Positions 61,808 through 64,000 of a stretch of DNA of 64,000 bases are shown here, in pieces; position 1 is the stretch's first letter; the number at the start of each line of letters is the position of its first letter. The notes beneath the pieces were generated by a model. The model saw nothing but the letters and a program-made list of their open reading frames with translations. It was not told the origin of the DNA and searched no databases. The translations under genes and the position numbers were made by a program. This stretch comes from Candidatus Poribacteria bacterium (GTDB taxonomy: Bacteria; Poribacteria; WGA-4E; JAJDTR01): positions 1,440,001 to 1,504,000 of the forward strand of contig CBDCTK010000002.1 in the NCBI GenBank assembly GCA_965222225.1, written 5' to 3'.

Positions 61808-63328
61808 ATGTCAAACACGCTCACAAGAATCGCAAGTTTGGTTGTTATGATTGTGAGTTTTATTGCCTACGTTGCGAAAGCACCAGCTTTCCCGATTGCG
61901 TCAGAAAATCTCCTGCCGTGGTCAACGTGGTTTTTCATCTCCGCGATAGCGAATATAATACTCTGGCAGCGGGTGATGAAGCTGATCGCGTTTTCATTGC
62001 TAGTAATCTGGTTCTATGCGTTTGCCGCCAGTATTGTTCCGGAAACCTCGACCGCGAAGGTGGATGTGTTGAGCATTGAACGAACACCGGAGGCATTTGT
62101 TGAGGCGGGCGAGATAATCTTTAACGGAAAAGGAAAATGCCATACCTGTCACACGCTCGATCCGTCAGCCCCTAAAAGTCGCTGCCCGGATATGTCGGAT
62201 GTTGGTATTCGAGCCGCGACACGTAAGCCCGGCGTGACAGCAAAAGAGTATCTGATCGAATCCACATACGAACCTCACAAATTCCTTGTCCCCGGCTACG
62301 GCAACATTATGCCGCCGGTCTGGAAGCCCCCAATCAGTTTATCAGAGCTTGAGATCGAAACCGTCATCGCCTTCCTCCAAAATCAAGGCGGAGAAGTGGA
62401 TCTGACGCGGTTTGAACCGCCCGTTGATATCGGAAGTCCCGAGGCAGTAGGTGAGGAGTTGCCTCCCCTCCTAGCCGGAGACATTGAGCGCGGTAAGAAG
62501 GTTTTCGTAGATGGCGCGAAATGCATTGCATGTCACGAGGTTACCGGGGTTGCAAAACCAGCTGGTCAAACCCTAGACGAAGGAGTAGAGGTTGTCGCCG
62601 CGCCCGACTTGACGGAGATTGCGGCAGTCAACCCTATGCGGTATATTGAGGAGTCGATCCTTAAACCGAACGCCCAAATTGTGAGCGGATACGGTTCCGT
62701 CACAGTGAAAACGGGCGGCGCGTCAATTCAGGGAACGCTTATTTCCCAAGACAACGAGAAAATCACTGTGCGCGTCAAAGACGCCGCCGGAGTTGAAACC
62801 GAACAGACGGTGCTCTTGACCGAAATTGATCCCGAACCGATTGAAGAGTTAGCGAATCTAAAGGAGCAAGAGTATTTCTGGATTGAGGTCACTTCCGCAG
62901 ACTCAGAGACGAAAATAAGCGGCGACCTTCTCGAAGAGGATGGAGAAAACATTACCATCCAAGCCGGTGGAGAACCACAGACGGTATCCAAATCGAATGT
63001 TAAGGCACAGGCGACCATAATCGATTTTGATGGGAATGAAATCGTCGGTGAGTTGGTGTCAGAGAATGAGGACGAAGTCACGCTGATTGTCGATGGGGTA
63101 GAGCAAATTATTGACACCTTCGATATTGATGAAGGCCCCACTTATAGTCGCGCCTACGGTAAAAGGCATTATGTTACTTCGCCAATGCCTGACAATTTCC
63201 CACTCCTGTTATCCGTCGCTGACATGAGCGATTTGCTGGCTTTTTTAGCGTCATTGACCGGTGCAATAGAGGAGACAGTTGTTGAAGCTGAAGTTTCAAA
63301 CGTCGGAGCAGAGGAAACGGCTGAGTAA
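61808..63328 (+). CDS. Membrane-anchored diheme cytochrome c
   Basis: N-terminal TMs, CHTCH and CIACH, YLIES/YIEESI...MP motifs, and an acidic beta-rich insertion. Confidence 0.85.
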   Translation: MSNTLTRIASLVVMIVSFIAYVAKAPAFPIASENLLPWSTWFFISAIANIILWQRVMKLIAFSLLVIWFYAFAASIVPETSTAKVDVLSIERTPEAFVEAGEIIFNGKGKCHTCHTLDPSAPKSRCPDMSDVGIRAATRKPGVTAKEYLIESTYEPHKFLVPGYGNIMPPVWKPPISLSELEIETVIAFLQNQGGEVDLTRFEPPVDIGSPEAVGEELPPLLAGDIERGKKVFVDGAKCIACHEVTGVAKPAGQTLDEGVEVVAAPDLTEIAAVNPMRYIEESILKPNAQIVSGYGSVTVKTGGASIQGTLISQDNEKITVRVKDAAGVETEQTVLLTEIDPEPIEELANLKEQEYFWIEVTSADSETKISGDLLEEDGENITIQAGGEPQTVSKSNVKAQATIIDFDGNEIVGELVSENEDEVTLIVDGVEQIIDTFDIDEGPTYSRAYGKRHYVTSPMPDNFPLLLSVADMSDLLAFLASLTGAIEETVVEAEVSNVGAEETAE

Positions 63329-63482
63329 CACCAGTTTTTCAACTCAATCGATCGGGGATTGTCATCTAGGCATACCAACGGCGTTAAAATTGTGCAAGCG
63401 CCCGATTTCCTGTGGTTGACGGTGTATGTATCCTCCTCGGTGACCTAATAAGTGATAGGGTGTCAATTAGGAGACTTAATTG

Positions 63483-64000
63483 ATGATGAAACGGATATCG
63501 CTATTCACCAGATGCCTGATTCTTTTTGTCTTCATCTGGCTCTTTCTGCGTTTCTTCATCGGTGGAGTGTGGTCTGTACCGCTGCCCGCGAGCGTTATTG
63601 CGATGTATGTCGGTCTAATACTTTTGGCAATTCTTGTCCACGTGTCAGTCGAGGATGATAGATTTCGCGAATTCCTGCGCCCTATCAAAGAGACGCTAGT
63701 CGATGATGACAAAAAGTTGCGACGGAAGGCGTTAGTTATCCTAATTCCACTCGCCCTGCTTGCGTTCACGTTCTCAAAGGTCTCCACAAAGGCAGATCCG
63801 CCAGCGGCGTTGCGTGTTGCCCACCCTGCGCCCCCTGATGAGTTGACATATGGCGACAAGGTAATCGGTGCAACGCAGGAAGTAGTGAACCCTTTCCGGC
63901 ATCTTGAAAAAGACGGGGTGGATGCATTCAAAGCGCATGCAGAAAATGGGCGTCGTGTCTACTATCAGAACTGTTTCTACTGTCATGGCGATGACCTTGA
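63483..64000 (+). CDS. Membrane-bound cytochrome c (partial, runs off the window)
   Basis: Open frame MMKRISLF...PLPASVIAMY...GRRVYYQNCFYCHGDDL after an AGGAG RBS; absent from the ORF track because it has no stop. Confidence 0.85.
   Translation, partial: MMKRISLFTRCLILFVFIWLFLRFFIGGVWSVPLPASVIAMYVGLILLAILVHVSVEDDRFREFLRPIKETLVDDDKKLRRKALVILIPLALLAFTFSKVSTKADPPAALRVAHPAPPDELTYGDKVIGATQEVVNPFRHLEKDGVDAFKAHAENGRRVYYQNCFYCHGDDL

Noticed and set aside
1-64000. CRISPR arrays, rRNA, tRNA, prophage
   Set aside because: No regularly spaced repeats, recognisable structural RNA genes or phage genes were found by eye; a tRNA/Rfam scan was not possible.

Overview
Bacterial chromosomal window of mid GC content. 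The GTAG-type REP-like repeats and gene content are reminiscent of Candidatus Poribacteria-like genomes, but this is inference only. Left part: a pseudo-caspase/PEGA membrane protein next to a divergent diadenylate-cyclase-domain gene, then leuA, aroF and tyrS. aroF and tyrS each sit behind a related Tyr-rich leader-peptide attenuator that the ORF track misses. These are followed by a frameshifted Met/Cys lyase, TPR proteins, an ECF sigma/anti-sigma pair, a CIRCE-controlled His-tailed groEL without groES, a vWA/DUF4159/DUF4175-like cluster and a TPR-Slt. Middle: IS1595, recD2 and a decaying defence patch (PHP-ATPase Ppl/TrlF-like gene cut by an IS701-family element with a 5-bp target duplication, plus a broken restriction-modification pair), then thrC and sbcDC. 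Right part: two respiratory operons, a Rieske/b6-type complex with an octaheme cytochrome c, and a cupredoxin-like protein with a bd-like oxidase and c-type cytochromes. Both operons carry the same perfect 16-bp palindrome at the same distance from their predicted -35 boxes. They are separated by hicBA, an ABC binding-protein pseudogene and a 164-bp MITE with IS701-like ends. No rRNA, tRNA or CRISPR array was recognised.
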